Part shown: positions 37,415-49,620 of the stretch, piece after piece
Layout of the letters: each line of letters begins with the position of its first letter
Position numbering within the stretch: position 1 is the stretch's first letter
NCBI RefSeq assembly: GCF_030144855.1
Contig: NC_082710.1
Coordinates: forward strand, 165,230,001 to 165,294,000
DNA length: 64,000 nt
DNA from: Hypanus sabinus
Taxonomy: Eukaryota
Direction: 5' to 3'
Notes under the pieces: model-generated
Seen by the model: only the letters and a program-made list of their open reading frames with translations
Told to the model about the DNA's origin: nothing
Database searches by the model: none
Translations under genes and position numbers: made by a program

Positions 37415-40400
37415 GGTTGGGGTGATGACGTAGAGTCGAGCCGTTGGGAATCCAGCTCCCTCGTAAAAAGTCATGAAATAGGGTTTAAATGAAGAGTTAA
37501 CAAATATCTACTAGAAACTATTTATAAGTAACTCAGGATTATCTTTTGATATGGCTCCTAAACCGAAACAGAAGAAAGCTACTACTTCGAAGACTGCGCA
37601 AATCGGCGGGGAAAAAGGCCTAACTTTCCCGGCAAAGTCTCGGACTCAAGTTGGATCTCCTCCCGGCGAAGTGCATGCCAGTTCTGATGATGCGGGACAG
37701 GAAGTTGCAGCAATGTCGGCGGTCTCTAAGAAGAAACGGTAAGAACAACGTATGCGCGAAAGTATGCGTGAACAGGTAAGAACAAAACTCCAAATCCCAG
37801 CTACGGCTGGAAGTGGAATCAGACTCTGGGAAATTCAGAGGAAAAGAAGGAAGAGATTAAAGGAGACATAAAAGATATCCTGAAATATATTGTGAATGAA
37901 TTAAAAGCGATAAGAAGGATGCAGAATAAACTCGATAATGTGGTGGAAAAACAAATGAAGATGGATAATAAAGTTAAAGAGATGGAAGTAAAAGTGGAAG
38001 AAAACACTGAAAGAATAGATAAGATAGAAGATAATAATCTTGCCTGGACAATAGAAAGAAAACGGATGTTGGAAAAAATAGATGCGCTTGAAAATTCTAG
38101 TAGACGAAATAATATCAAAATTGTTGGTCTTATGAAAGGTACAGAGGGAGAAAATCCAATAAAATTCTTTCAAGAATGGATTCCGAAAATGTTGGAAATG
38201 AAAGGAGGAAGCCAAGTAATTGAAATTGAAAGAGCACACAGAGTTTTAAGACCAAGACCTCAACAAGATCAATTTTGATAAAATGTTTAAGGTACCAAGA
38301 TAAAGAAATGATCTTGAAAGGAGCTATTCAAGGTGCTAAAAAGAGAAATGGGCCATTGATAATAGGAGGGAAAAGAGTTTTTTTTTAAATCCGGACATAA
38401 GTTACGATCTTTTGAAGAGGCGGAAGGAATTTAATCCAGTGAAAAAATCTTTATGGGAAAAGGGCTTAAATTTTTATTGAGCTATCCAGCAAAATTGATA
38501 ATTTTCCTGGATAACGAAGAAAGAAGATTTTTCATTGACTACCGGAAAGCGGTGAAATTTGTACAAGAACTACCTTATGTCCATGAAGAGGAGTAAAGAA
38601 TTATAGAAATGAAATGGACTAATGATGAAGACTGAAACAAGTTTGGACTTGACGGACATTTATATAAAAAGAATAGTTGAGTATTTGGAGTAAAGATATT
38701 AATTATTTTCTTTTTTTCTTCTTCACTAATATATTTTCTTTTTTTTTGCGGGGGAGCTGGAAGAGCTGCTGATCGATGGCTGCGAGTTTCGCGTGTACAA
38801 TCATGGCGATTGCCATGACCCGTAAAATGGGGGGGGGGTAATGTTGTGTTCTTTTTATTCGCAACATTAGTGGGGGGGTACTTTTTTTTCTTATATTAGT
38901 TATCTATCTTTTATTTTTCTGTTTTTTGCGTTGGGGAGAAACTCATAGAAACATGGAGAATTTTAAAGAGTTCCCAAGATATTATGAATGATTAATTTAC
39001 TTAATTTTTTAAGTTTTAATGTTAATGGAATTAATGGACCTGTGAAAAGAAAAAGAGTTTTAACATATATTAAGAAAATGAAAGGAGATATAGCTTTTTT
39101 TTTACAAGAAACACATTTAACAGAAACAACATAAGAAATTAAAGAGGGATTGGGTTGGAAATGTCATTGCAGCTTCATTTAATTCAAAATCGAGGAGTTC
39201 CAATTTTGGTTAATAAATCTTTACCAATTAAGATACAAAATGTAATAATTGATTCTGGGGGGAGATATGTGATGATACATTGTCAAATTTTTTCAGAATT
39301 ATGGACTTTTATGAACATTTATGCACCAATTGAAAATGATGCAAAATTCATACAAGAAGTTTTTTTGAACTTGGCTGATGCACATGATAAAATATTAATA
39401 GGTGGAGATTTTAATTTTTATTTAGATCCAGTTTTGGATAGGTCAACTAAAATTGCTATACAATCAAAAGTAATAAAACTAACTTTATCATTAATGAAAG
39501 ATTTAAACCTGATTGATATATGGAGGAAAATTAATCCAAGAGAAAGAGATTATTCATTTTATTCAAATAGACATAAAACTTACTCAAGGATTGATTTTTT
39601 TTATTATCAAAAAATATTCAAGATAGAGTGAAAATTGTGGAATATAAAGCAAGAATACTGTCAGATCATTCCCCCTTGTTAATGACAATGATAATGATGG
39701 ATAAGGAGGAATCGATTTATAGATGGAGATTTAATTCAATTTTATTAAAGTCAAGATTTTTGTGATTTTATGAAAAAACAGATACAATTTTTTTTGGATA
39801 CAAATTTACATTCAGTTGAGGACAAAATTGTATTATGGGAAGCGATGAAAGCATATATAAGGGGTCAGATTACACATTATACATCTAAAATTAAGAAGGA
39901 ATACATGGCAGAAATAGATCAATTGGAAAAAGATATCATAAAGTTAGAAACAGAATATCAAAGATATATGACAGAAGAAAAACAAAGACAACTTGGGGTT
40001 AATAAAAAAACTACAATAATACACTCCAGACATATCGTACAGAAAAAGTAATTATGAGAACTAAACAGAAATATTACGAATTAGGTGAAAGATCACATAA
40101 AATTCTTGCTTGGCAGTTGAAAACACAACAGGCTTCTAAAACAATAAATGCAATTAGAACAAGTGTAAATAAGGTTACTTATAAACCTTTAGAAATTAAT
40201 GAAACTTTAAAAAAAATTGATACTGAACTATATCAATCAGAATCACAAAATAAGATAGCTGAGATAGATAAATTTTTATCACAAATAACCCAAAATTAAA
40301 TTTGGAAGAACAGAAAGGATTAGATATGCCCTTTACATTAAAAGAGGTTGAAGAAGCGTTAGGATCACTTCAGAGTAATAAATCCCCAGGAGAAGATGGT

Positions 40401-42960
40401 TTTCCTCCTGAATTTTATAAAAAAATTTAAAGATTTATTAATTCCTCCTTTTATGGAATTAATATACCAAGTGGAAAGAATGCATAAACTCCCACAATCT
40501 TTTTTAACAGCGATCATAACTGTATTGCCAAAAAAAGATAGAGATCCTTTAAAATAGGCCTATTTCTTTCTTGATTACAGATTATAAAATAATAGCAAAA
40601 AATTTATCTAATAGAATATCTAAATATTTACCAAAATTAATACATATGGATCAAACAGGTTTTATTAAAAACACAATCAATGGATAATATAACCCGGTTA
40701 CTTAGTATAATTCATTTGGCACAAAAAAAGAGAGGAAATGAGTGTGGCAGTTGCTTTGGATGCAGAAAAAGCATTTGCTAGATTGGAATGAGATTTTTTA
40801 TTTAAGGTATTGGAAAAATATGAGTTAGGAAAATCTTTTATACAATGGATTAAAACCTTAAATACTAATCCTTGAGCTAAAGTAGTTACAAATGGTCAGT
40901 TTTTAACACCATTTTGCTTAACTAGGTCAACTAGACAAGGCTGCCCATTATCACCTGCTTTATTTGTATTGGCAATAGAACCATTAGCTGAATTAATTAG
41001 AACAGATTCAGACATTGGGGGCTTTAGAGTTAATCAAGAAGAATATAAGATTAATTTATTTGCTGATGATGTTTTGATTTATTTAACAAACCCATTGCAA
41101 TCTTGGCAAAGATTATCTTTTAGATTGGAAGAATATGGGAAAGTATCAGGGTATAAAGTAAATTGGGATAAAAGTGAAATTTTACCCTTTACTAAAGGAA
41201 ATTATAATCAATGTCAATTAGTAACTCAATTTCGATGGTCAATAAAGGGGATAAAATATTTAGGTATTAGATTTGATAATGATGTAAAAGCTTTATATAA
41301 ACAAAATTATTTGCCATTATTAAAAAAATAAGAGGATCTTGATAAATGGATGTTACCAATAATATTAATAGGTAGAGTTAATGCTGTAAAAATGAATATA
41401 TTTCCTAGATTGCAATATTTATTTCAAACTTTACCAATACAATTACCTCAAGTTTTTTCAAGAACTGAATAAATATGCAAGGAAATTTCTTTGGAAAGGA
41501 AAAATGTCAAGAATATCATTGGAAAAATTGACATGCAAATTTGATTTAGGAGGGTTACAACTTATAAATTTTAAGAATTATTATAAAGCAAATCAACTTA
41601 GATTTATAGCATCTTTTTTTGATGAAGAAAAACCGGCATACATTAGAATAGAATTAGATAAGATAGGAGAAAACATACCAGAAGGTTTTATATATAAATG
41701 GGAATCCAGATGGATAAGGGACAAAAAAGAATCTCCTATATTAAGACACTTGATTGATTTATGGAATAAGGTAAATATGGACGATGAGATAAGGAAATCT
41801 TTATTAGCAAAAAGTACTTTAATTCAAAATAGGCTTATTCCTTTTACAATGGATAATAAACTTTTACATAATTGGTTCCAAAAGGGGATTAAATATATAG
41901 GTGATTGTTTTGAAGGAGGTATATTGATGTCGTTTGATCAATTAAAAAATAAATATAAAATATCAAATAACACTCTTTTCTGTTATTTTCAATTAAAGGC
42001 TTATTTACGAGAAAAGCTGGGTCAAACAATGTTGATGCCAAAATCTAGTGAAATAGAAATATTAATTCAAAAAAGAAAAATTTAAAAAATTATATCTTGT
42101 ATGTATAATTTGATTCAAAAACAGACAATTAAATCAGGAATTCATAAATCAAGACAAAAATGGAAATCTGATTTGAATGTTAAAATTGATGGAAAAAACT
42201 GGTCAAGATTATGTTCTGATAGTATGAGAAATACAATAAATGTTTGTCTTAGATTAATACAATATAATTTTTTACATCAATTATATATAACACCACAGAA
42301 ATTAGATTAAATTCAAATATGTCTGACCAATGTTTTCGATGTAATCAAGAAATTGGTACTTTTTTTACATTCTACTTGGTCTTGTTTTAAAATTCAACCA
42401 TTTTGGATAAATCTAAGACTTTTATTGGAACAAATTACTGGAGTACAACTCCCACATAGTCCAGTATTATTTTTATTAGGAGACATTGAAGGGACAATAC
42501 CGAAACTTAAATTGAATAAGTATCAGAAAAAATTTATAAAAATTGCATTGGCAGTAGCCAAAAAAGTTATCGCAGTTACTTGGAAATCTGATTTATATTT
42601 AACTATGGATTGTTGGAATAATGAAATACATAGTTGTAAACAACTTGAAAAAATTACATACAATCTAAGAAATGAATATGATATATTTTTGAAAATTTGG
42701 CTCCCATACCTACAAAAGATAGGATTAAATACATAGGTCCTTTGAAGATAAAATTATAAAGTAATTGGGGAAAGTAGAAATAAATATTAAAATTATTTTG
42801 AACTCCATGGAGCATGTGGGGATCAACCGATATCCAGGCAATCTTTCTCTTTTTTTTCTTTAGATAAGGGTTAAGGGGGGGGAGGGTCAATATTATTTTT
42901 CTCACTTTTTATCATCACATTTATTCTTTGTAATTTTCTAAAATTTAATAAATAAATATA
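37415..42960 (+). mobile_element. Full-length (~5.5 kb) L1-clade LINE with disrupted ORFs
   Basis: CpG-rich 5' UTR; ORF1 ~37551-38596 (SRRNNIKIVGL, IEIERAHRVL); ORF2 ~38988-42736 (APE GGDFN/YSRIDF, RT INLFADDVLIYL); ~18-bp TSD TTTTTTAAAATTATATCC / TTTTTAAAAATTAGATCC; empty site visible at ~50090-50115. Confidence 0.95.
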
Positions 42961-43825
42961 TTTTTAAAAATTAGATCCTCAAAATGGACTGCCCAGTCCC
43001 CTGTATTTTAGTTTTGTTTTAAGTTAGTTTAGTGGATTTTTTTTTCTTTCTCAATAACAGAAATTTTGAGTCTTTTTTCTATGATAAGAGCTGTGGTTCT
43101 TTTTCTATTAGCTCAGTATTATACTATACATGATTTTGACAGTGTATATTACTTTCTTTGTACTTTGATTGAAATATGTATTTGAGATAATTTCTCCTCT
43201 GACTTGTATCTATTCTTATCTTTTGTAAATCAAAAAAGATCGAAAATGAAGAAAGTAGAACGAAGGCAGAATACAGATTTAATGGCAGGATTCTTATCGG
43301 GTTCAGAATCAGGTTCAGTATCACTGGCATATCACTTAGTACAATGGGATGGGTACAATGCAATACATGATAGTACAGAAAAAATAAATCAATTACAGTG
43401 AACACACACACACACACATACATACTCCTGAATCCCTCCTCTTGCACAAAAAAAGAAACGTAATGGATCAGGCGCACTGACCCCCAAGTCCCCCATCCCT
43501 CCTCCCACAGAAGAAAAAACTCAAAATGGATCAGACACATCGACCTTAAAATCCCACCCCCCTCCCCCTTAAAATTCCCGAGAAGATCCGGTGAAAAAAA
43601 ACTTAGTATAAGATCCATAAGACTAAAAATTCGAGTCTATATTTAGTCCCAAGTCCAAATCCAAAAACAGAAAAAACCTGGAGGTAGTCTCCGCGCCCAG
43701 ACGCAGCAGCAGGCCTTTCAGGTCCAGAGCAGCTGATCAAAAGACAAGCAGCTGGTGCTCACAAATAATTTTTTAAAAAAAGTGAAGTTGTGTTCTTGGA
43801 TTCAATGCCTATTTCAGAATCAGAT

Positions 43826-46230
43826 GGCAGAGGGACCTAACGATTTCAGAACAGACAGCAACGAGACTGAAGCCAGAAGAGTTAGAAATGTACTCACCAA
43901 ATACTTTGACTCATAATTTACTGAATAAATAAGTATACTTTGCCCTGTTTTCTGTCCTTGCTCATATGAAGGTGGTTTACCTATCTATTTATTTATTTAT
44001 TAAAATTTTTAATTAGTTTTTCAAAACATTTTACAAACTAAAAATCCCAAATCCCAATGAGGAACATTAAAACCGTGCAAAATTAAGCATACTTTAACAA
44101 TTTGCTACAAAGAAAGAGAATTTAGCAAATAAAAGCACCTAAATTAAAGACAAGTAAGCTTAGTGTCCTCCCCAAGCCCCACAAGAAGAAACAACAGCAA
44201 CTCCAGACCAACCACAACACAATATAGAGAGTATAAGTCAGGACAGCCAAACTCCCAGACTGTGAATACACTCAGCAACAGAGGATAATAATGCCTTCTA
44301 CCAGAGAAAAAAGGAGCTGAAAGCAAGGCGTTTACCTATTTATGCAAGTACTTCCCTGACAATAGATGTGTAACAGCCTAATGTAACATTGTATGGAAAT
44401 ACAAGATAACGCTGATGCAGACATGTTTTATACATTTAACAAGGTGCTTTATTAATGCAACAGAGTTAGTCAGTTTTTCAATGTTCGTCATCAGTCCCCT
44501 GTATTTTTGTTTTGTTTTAAGTTAGTTTAGTGGATTTTTTTTTCTTTCAATAACAGAAATATTGAGTCTTTTTTTTCTATGATAAGAGGAGCTGTGGTTC
44601 TTTTTCTATTAGCTCAGCATTATACTATACATGATTTTGACAAGATAATTTCCCCACTGACTTGTATCTACCCTTATTTTTTTAAATTAATAAAAAAGAT
44701 TGAAAATGAAGAAAGTGGTATTTGAAGTCAGAATACAGAGTTAATGGCAGGATTCTTATCAGGTCCAGAATCAGGTTCAATATCACTGGCATATGCCATG
44801 AAATTTGTTCACTTAGGGGTGGGTACAATGCAATATATGATAGTATACCAAAAAATAAATCAATTACAGTGAACATATACGTCTAGCCTCCTAAATCGCT
44901 CCTTCTGCACAAAAAAAACAAACAAAATGGGTCAGGTACATTGACCTTCAAATCCCACCCCACTCCCCCTTAAAAATCCCGAGAAGATCAGGCAAAAAAA
45001 AACACATAGTATAAAATCTATAAGACTTAAAAATCAAATCTATATATAGTCCAAAGTTCAAATCCAAAAACACAGGAAAAACCTGGAGGTGGTCTCCGCG
45101 CCCAGACGCAGCAGCCAAACTCCCAGACTGTGAATACACTCAGCAACAGAGGATAATAATGCCTTCTACCAGAAAAAAAAGCTGAAAGCAAGGCGTTTAC
45201 CTATTTATGCAAGTACTTCCCTGACAATAGATGTGTAACAGCCTAATGTAACATTATATGGAAATACAAGATAACGCTGATGTAGACATGTTTTATACAT
45301 TTAACAAGGTGCTTTATTAATGCAACAGAGTTAGTCAGTTTTTCAATGTTCGTCATCAGCCGGATCAATCTGTCCGTGAACTCCCTGTTGGTTGCCGCTG
45401 TACGCTCCAGTATTTGTTTTTTTTAGATTTAAGTTCTCCTGCGCGAGAGCCAACAGTTGTCCTTCTTTTTTGAGTTTTTCTAGTCTGTAACTACACAAAC
45501 GCGCACTTTTACGGTGAGATTTGAAACCAAACATGTCGCTTCTTTTCGGTAGATGAGTCCTGTGCATGCGCAGCAGGAGGAGATTCGCCGAAATCTCCGT
45601 TTCAGTGTGGATAGAGATCTTTTCAAAAACGCATAGTGTGGCCTTCTATCGTTTTAACGCGAAACCGGCGTTTTCAAAATTATCCGGTCTAGTGTGGATG
45701 TAGCCTAAATTTGCCATTGTATCAAGTGTGAGCTGTTGCCGTTCCTAGATATCCGTGTAAGATTACCCTGGGTTTTCCCATTATAACATGCAGTAAAAGG
45801 GGATGTTATATGTTACTTGAGGAAACCGTCCCCATTTGTTTGGGTTGTAGGGAGTGAACCCTCTCCAGACAACATGCTGGTCCCTGTGAATCCTAGACAA
45901 GAGATGTAGGTGTATTAGACATGGGCAATTTCCAAACACCTGCTGCAGCTAGGTAACCGTTAATAACATGAAATAAATCTTCCGGTCTGTAGCCTGCAAT
46001 TCTGAAAGGATGTCTTAAACTGAGTGCACTAGCACCGATGGTTAAGCACATAAATACATTAACATCTACCCTGAAGCTCCAGAGTCCAGTTGCATTACAA
46101 GTTGCAAATGAATAATGTAAAAGTTAAATTTATTTCCGTGAGAATGAGCTCTTTACAGCAGCAGCACAGTACATTACAAACATGGCGTATATAAATTACT
46201 GTTCACAAACATAAATTGATGTAAATTATA
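43826..46230 (+). repeat. Segmental duplication copy 2, left part (Harbinger copy with internal re-duplications)
   Basis: Matches 35272-36420; Harbinger right TIR ends at 45705 followed by TAA; 44490-45112 copies the 42990-43710 block; 45112-45360 recopies 44245-44490. Confidence 0.88.
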
Positions 46231-46659
46231 TGTCAGAAACACACTGAGTCTCAGCAATTTGCAGAACGGTAAACTTTATTTTTCGAGTCTGCAGAGTCGG
46301 ACCCAACCAGCTCCTGCTAGATTGAGTGCCGAATTACACTTTGCACAGTTTTTTATACCCTACTTGTTTACGACTTTGTGAGTTGCACCCATGTGAGGTG
46401 CAGACATTCTTCCTTAATCTCATTACAAAATTACAAATGTGATTACCCTTTGGCCCACTTATCAGCCTCAGCGCATTAACACCGTTATTGTTCAACCGTT
46501 AAGCATGTCTTCCCGTTACCCGTATCGCTTCTTTAATCAGCAAGCTATTGTTTCATCCTGATTTTGCAAATTGGTTTATACATTGCCCTGCAAGTTGCTT
46601 TGCACGTTCTTTCTGTGTCAGCACATTCTAAATGGACTCCTTAAGAATCATTTCTCTCA
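46231..46659 (-). repeat. ERV 3' LTR (429 bp)
   Basis: TGAGAG...CTGACA on minus; preceded by PPT AAAAAGAAAAAGGGTGGAT; followed by TATAA. Confidence 0.97.
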
Positions 46660-46689
46660 ATCCACCCTTTTTCTTTTTAGAATGTGCTA

Positions 46690-47234
46690 TCAGTTGGGCT
46701 TTTGCCACGGGTTTACATAGGCTTCTTCCTCTAGCTCTATTTCCCTTTGTAGGAGTACCTGAACAGGATCAGCTGGGGCCCCTGGTTGCATGACTTGTCT
46801 TGCCACCCGAGCTACTAGCTCCCGCAAGCAGGGGATCAGACATGGTAGCAGAAGGAGGACCATCAATCCCCCTCCTATAACCCCTAAAGAGGTTCGCCAC
46901 CAGCCTCCTTTCAACCATCCGTCCAGCCAGTCCCAATACCCCAGTGGCTTCCAGGTCTGTACGGGCACGTGGGCCAGTTTCCTTATTTTATCTGATATTT
47001 TTTGAACCACCTTTCCGTTGTCATCTATCTTTAAGCAGCAGTTGGTTAGATTAAACTTTCCACATACTCCTCCTTTTTGTTGTAGTCATAACATTTCTCG
47101 TTTACATGCGAGTGTGATACAAAGGACCCTGGAAAAACCGTCATGCCCACCCTTACCGTCGTCCTGCACTTATCACATCCCCCTTCAGCGCTTCTCAACA
47201 ATAGCAGTATATACATTACAGTCCCAAAGTTCAT
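46690..47234 (-). pseudogene. env: ERV env with large internal deletion (signal/SU start joined out of frame to TM C-terminus)
   Basis: ATG overlaps the pol TGA; MNFGTVMYILLLLRSAEG...; second frame [17 protein letters not shown]...[12 protein letters not shown]...TM helix [19 protein letters not shown]. Confidence 0.92.
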
Positions 47235-49620
47235 TCTGTCCGTCTTTTGAGCTTTAGCACCATCGGGTCTTCTCCCTGGACGCAAGTCCATTCTGCACCT
47301 TCTTCGGGCTTTACGGGTCCCTTGATTCTCGCGGCGTGGGTCCACCCTTTTTCTTTTGTCCTTACTGCGGCTTCGGTGGTCAGTAGCACCTGGAATGGGC
47401 CTTCCCACTGCGGCTGTAACTTCTCTGGCTTCCAAGTCTTAATCAGGACCCAGTCACCGGGCTGAGTTCGGTGGAGTGTGAAGTCCAGAGGTGGGGTTTG
47501 TGCGAGTAACCCCTTCCTGCGCAATTCTGCAAAAGAACGAGACAGTGCCTGTAAATAGTCCCTTACAAAGACATCTCCCCCTTGCAGGGAAGGATAGCCC
47601 TCCACCTTGTTCCAATATGGAAGGCCAAACAACATTTCATAAGGGGATACTCCTATATCTTTTCGAGGAGCCGTGCGGATTCTTAGTAGGGCCAGGGGTA
47701 GACACTTAGTCCAGGGTAGCTTGGTTTCCATCATTAGTTTTGTCAATTGCGTCTTCAAAGTACTGTTCATCCTCTCAACTCTTCCTGAGCTCTGAGGGTG
47801 CCAGGGGGTGTGCAGCTTCCACTGGATTCCTAAGGCGTCACAGATTAGCTGGTGTGTTTTTGAGGCAAAGTGTGTTCCCCTATCTGAATCAATAGACCCC
47901 ATTATTCCATATCTCGGGACTATATTTTCTAATAGGATCCGTGCCACTGTAGGGGCGTCCGCTTTAGTGGTTGGGAATGCTTCCACCCACCGAGTGAAGT
48001 GATCCACAATTACTAACAGGTACTTCCATCTCTGAACTTGTGGTAGTTCCGTAAAGTCTATTTGGATCCGATGGAACGGTCGGACGGCTAGTGTTTGTCC
48101 CCCCTTATGGGTGGCACGCATCATTTTCTTGTTTACCTTTTGGCAGGTGTAACAGCCCCACACCTCCTGTTGAGCTAGTGTGAATATCCCTTTCCAAACA
48201 TAGTCCCTTAGGATAGTGTCGCACATAGCTTGCACTCCCCAATGGCTTTGTTGGTGTAGTTGTTGCAGTATATGACGAGTTACTTCCTTATTCAGTACTT
48301 GCCGTCCGTCGGGGGTCTTCCACTCGCCTTCTGATGTTTGTCGGGCTCCCAGCTGGCTCATAGCGTCTATTTCTACTTGGGTGAAGACTGGTAGTTTGTT
48401 AAGCCCTTCCCTTATTGGTATCAGGGTTAGAAGTCGGACCGTTTTTTCCATTGCTGCCCGCTTGGCTTCTTCATCTGCGAGCCGGTTTCCTATTGCTTCC
48501 GGGGCTGTTCCTCGTTGATGTCCTGGAACGTGAACCACTGCAATTTCTTGAGGTAGTGTTAGAGCTTCCAGAGTCATGCTTATCATTTGTTCGTGAGCTA
48601 ATTCCCTTCCCCTGGCTGTTATCAACCCCCGTTCTTTCCAAATCTTTCCGAAGGTGTGTACCACTCCATAGGCATACTTAGAATCGGTGTATATAGTGCC
48701 TATTTTGTTTCTTAACAGTTGCAGTCCCCTCTGCAAAGCATATAGTTCACAAGACTGGGCTGACCAATTACCCGGGAGCCGGCCGGACTCCACCGTCTCC
48801 CTAGTCCTCCCGTTTATAATAGCATATCCACTGTGTCGTACCCCATTGATGCATCTGGAGGAGCCGTCGATATATAGTTCCTCGCCTTCAATTAGGGGAA
48901 CTTCTTGTAGATCTTCCCTACTTTTTGTCTGAAGGTCTGTTAGCTCCACGCAGTTATGCTCGGTTTCCTCCCCTGTTGATTCCCCGTATAAGAACTGTGC
49001 CGGGTTACAACTATTGTTCTTTTCAAAGCTTAAATCATCCCCGACCATCAGAATGGTTTCGTATTTCAGTATGCGAGAGTCCGTCAACCACCGCTGAGCT
49101 TTTTGGGCTAAGAGGGTGCTAACGGAGTGCGGGGTATACACCGTCATTCTTCCCCCAAAGGTTAATTTCCGTGCTTCTTCTACTAGTACGGCTGCTGCCG
49201 CTACGGCTTGTATGCACGTCGGCCATCCCCGGGATACCGGGTCTAACATTTTTGATAAAAAGGCCACAGGTTGCCGCTTTCCTCCTTTTTCTTGGGTTAG
49301 TACTCCTAACGCAGTTCCTTCATTGTTTGTTGCATACAGCTGAAAGGGCTTTTCCAGTGCTGGCAGTGTTAATACCGGGGCCCGAATTAGTTGCCCTTTT
49401 ATTTTCCTGAACTTCTGTTCTTCTTCTTCGGTCCAGCTGATTATTCCCCGGTCTTCCTTTGCCAATTTGTCATACATAAACTTCACCAGGGAGGTATAAT
49501 TCTCTATCCAAATCCGGCAATAGCCCACTAAGCCCAGAAATTGTCTTATTTCCTTCTTTGTCCTGGGAAGCGGTAGTTTAGTTATTCCCGCTATTCTTTC
49601 TGGGGTTATTTGGCGGTGAT
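47231..49620 (-). CDS. pol: ERV pol, 5'-truncated but stop-free: RT thumb/connection, RNase H, integrase
   Basis: RQFLGLVGYCRIW; RNase H LYIDGSS/SAQSCEL/YTDSKY/GNRLAD; IN HQQSH...CYTC, IQIDFT, IDSDRG, SSGRVERMN, WEGPF; RT palm, PR and gag absent. Confidence 0.96.
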
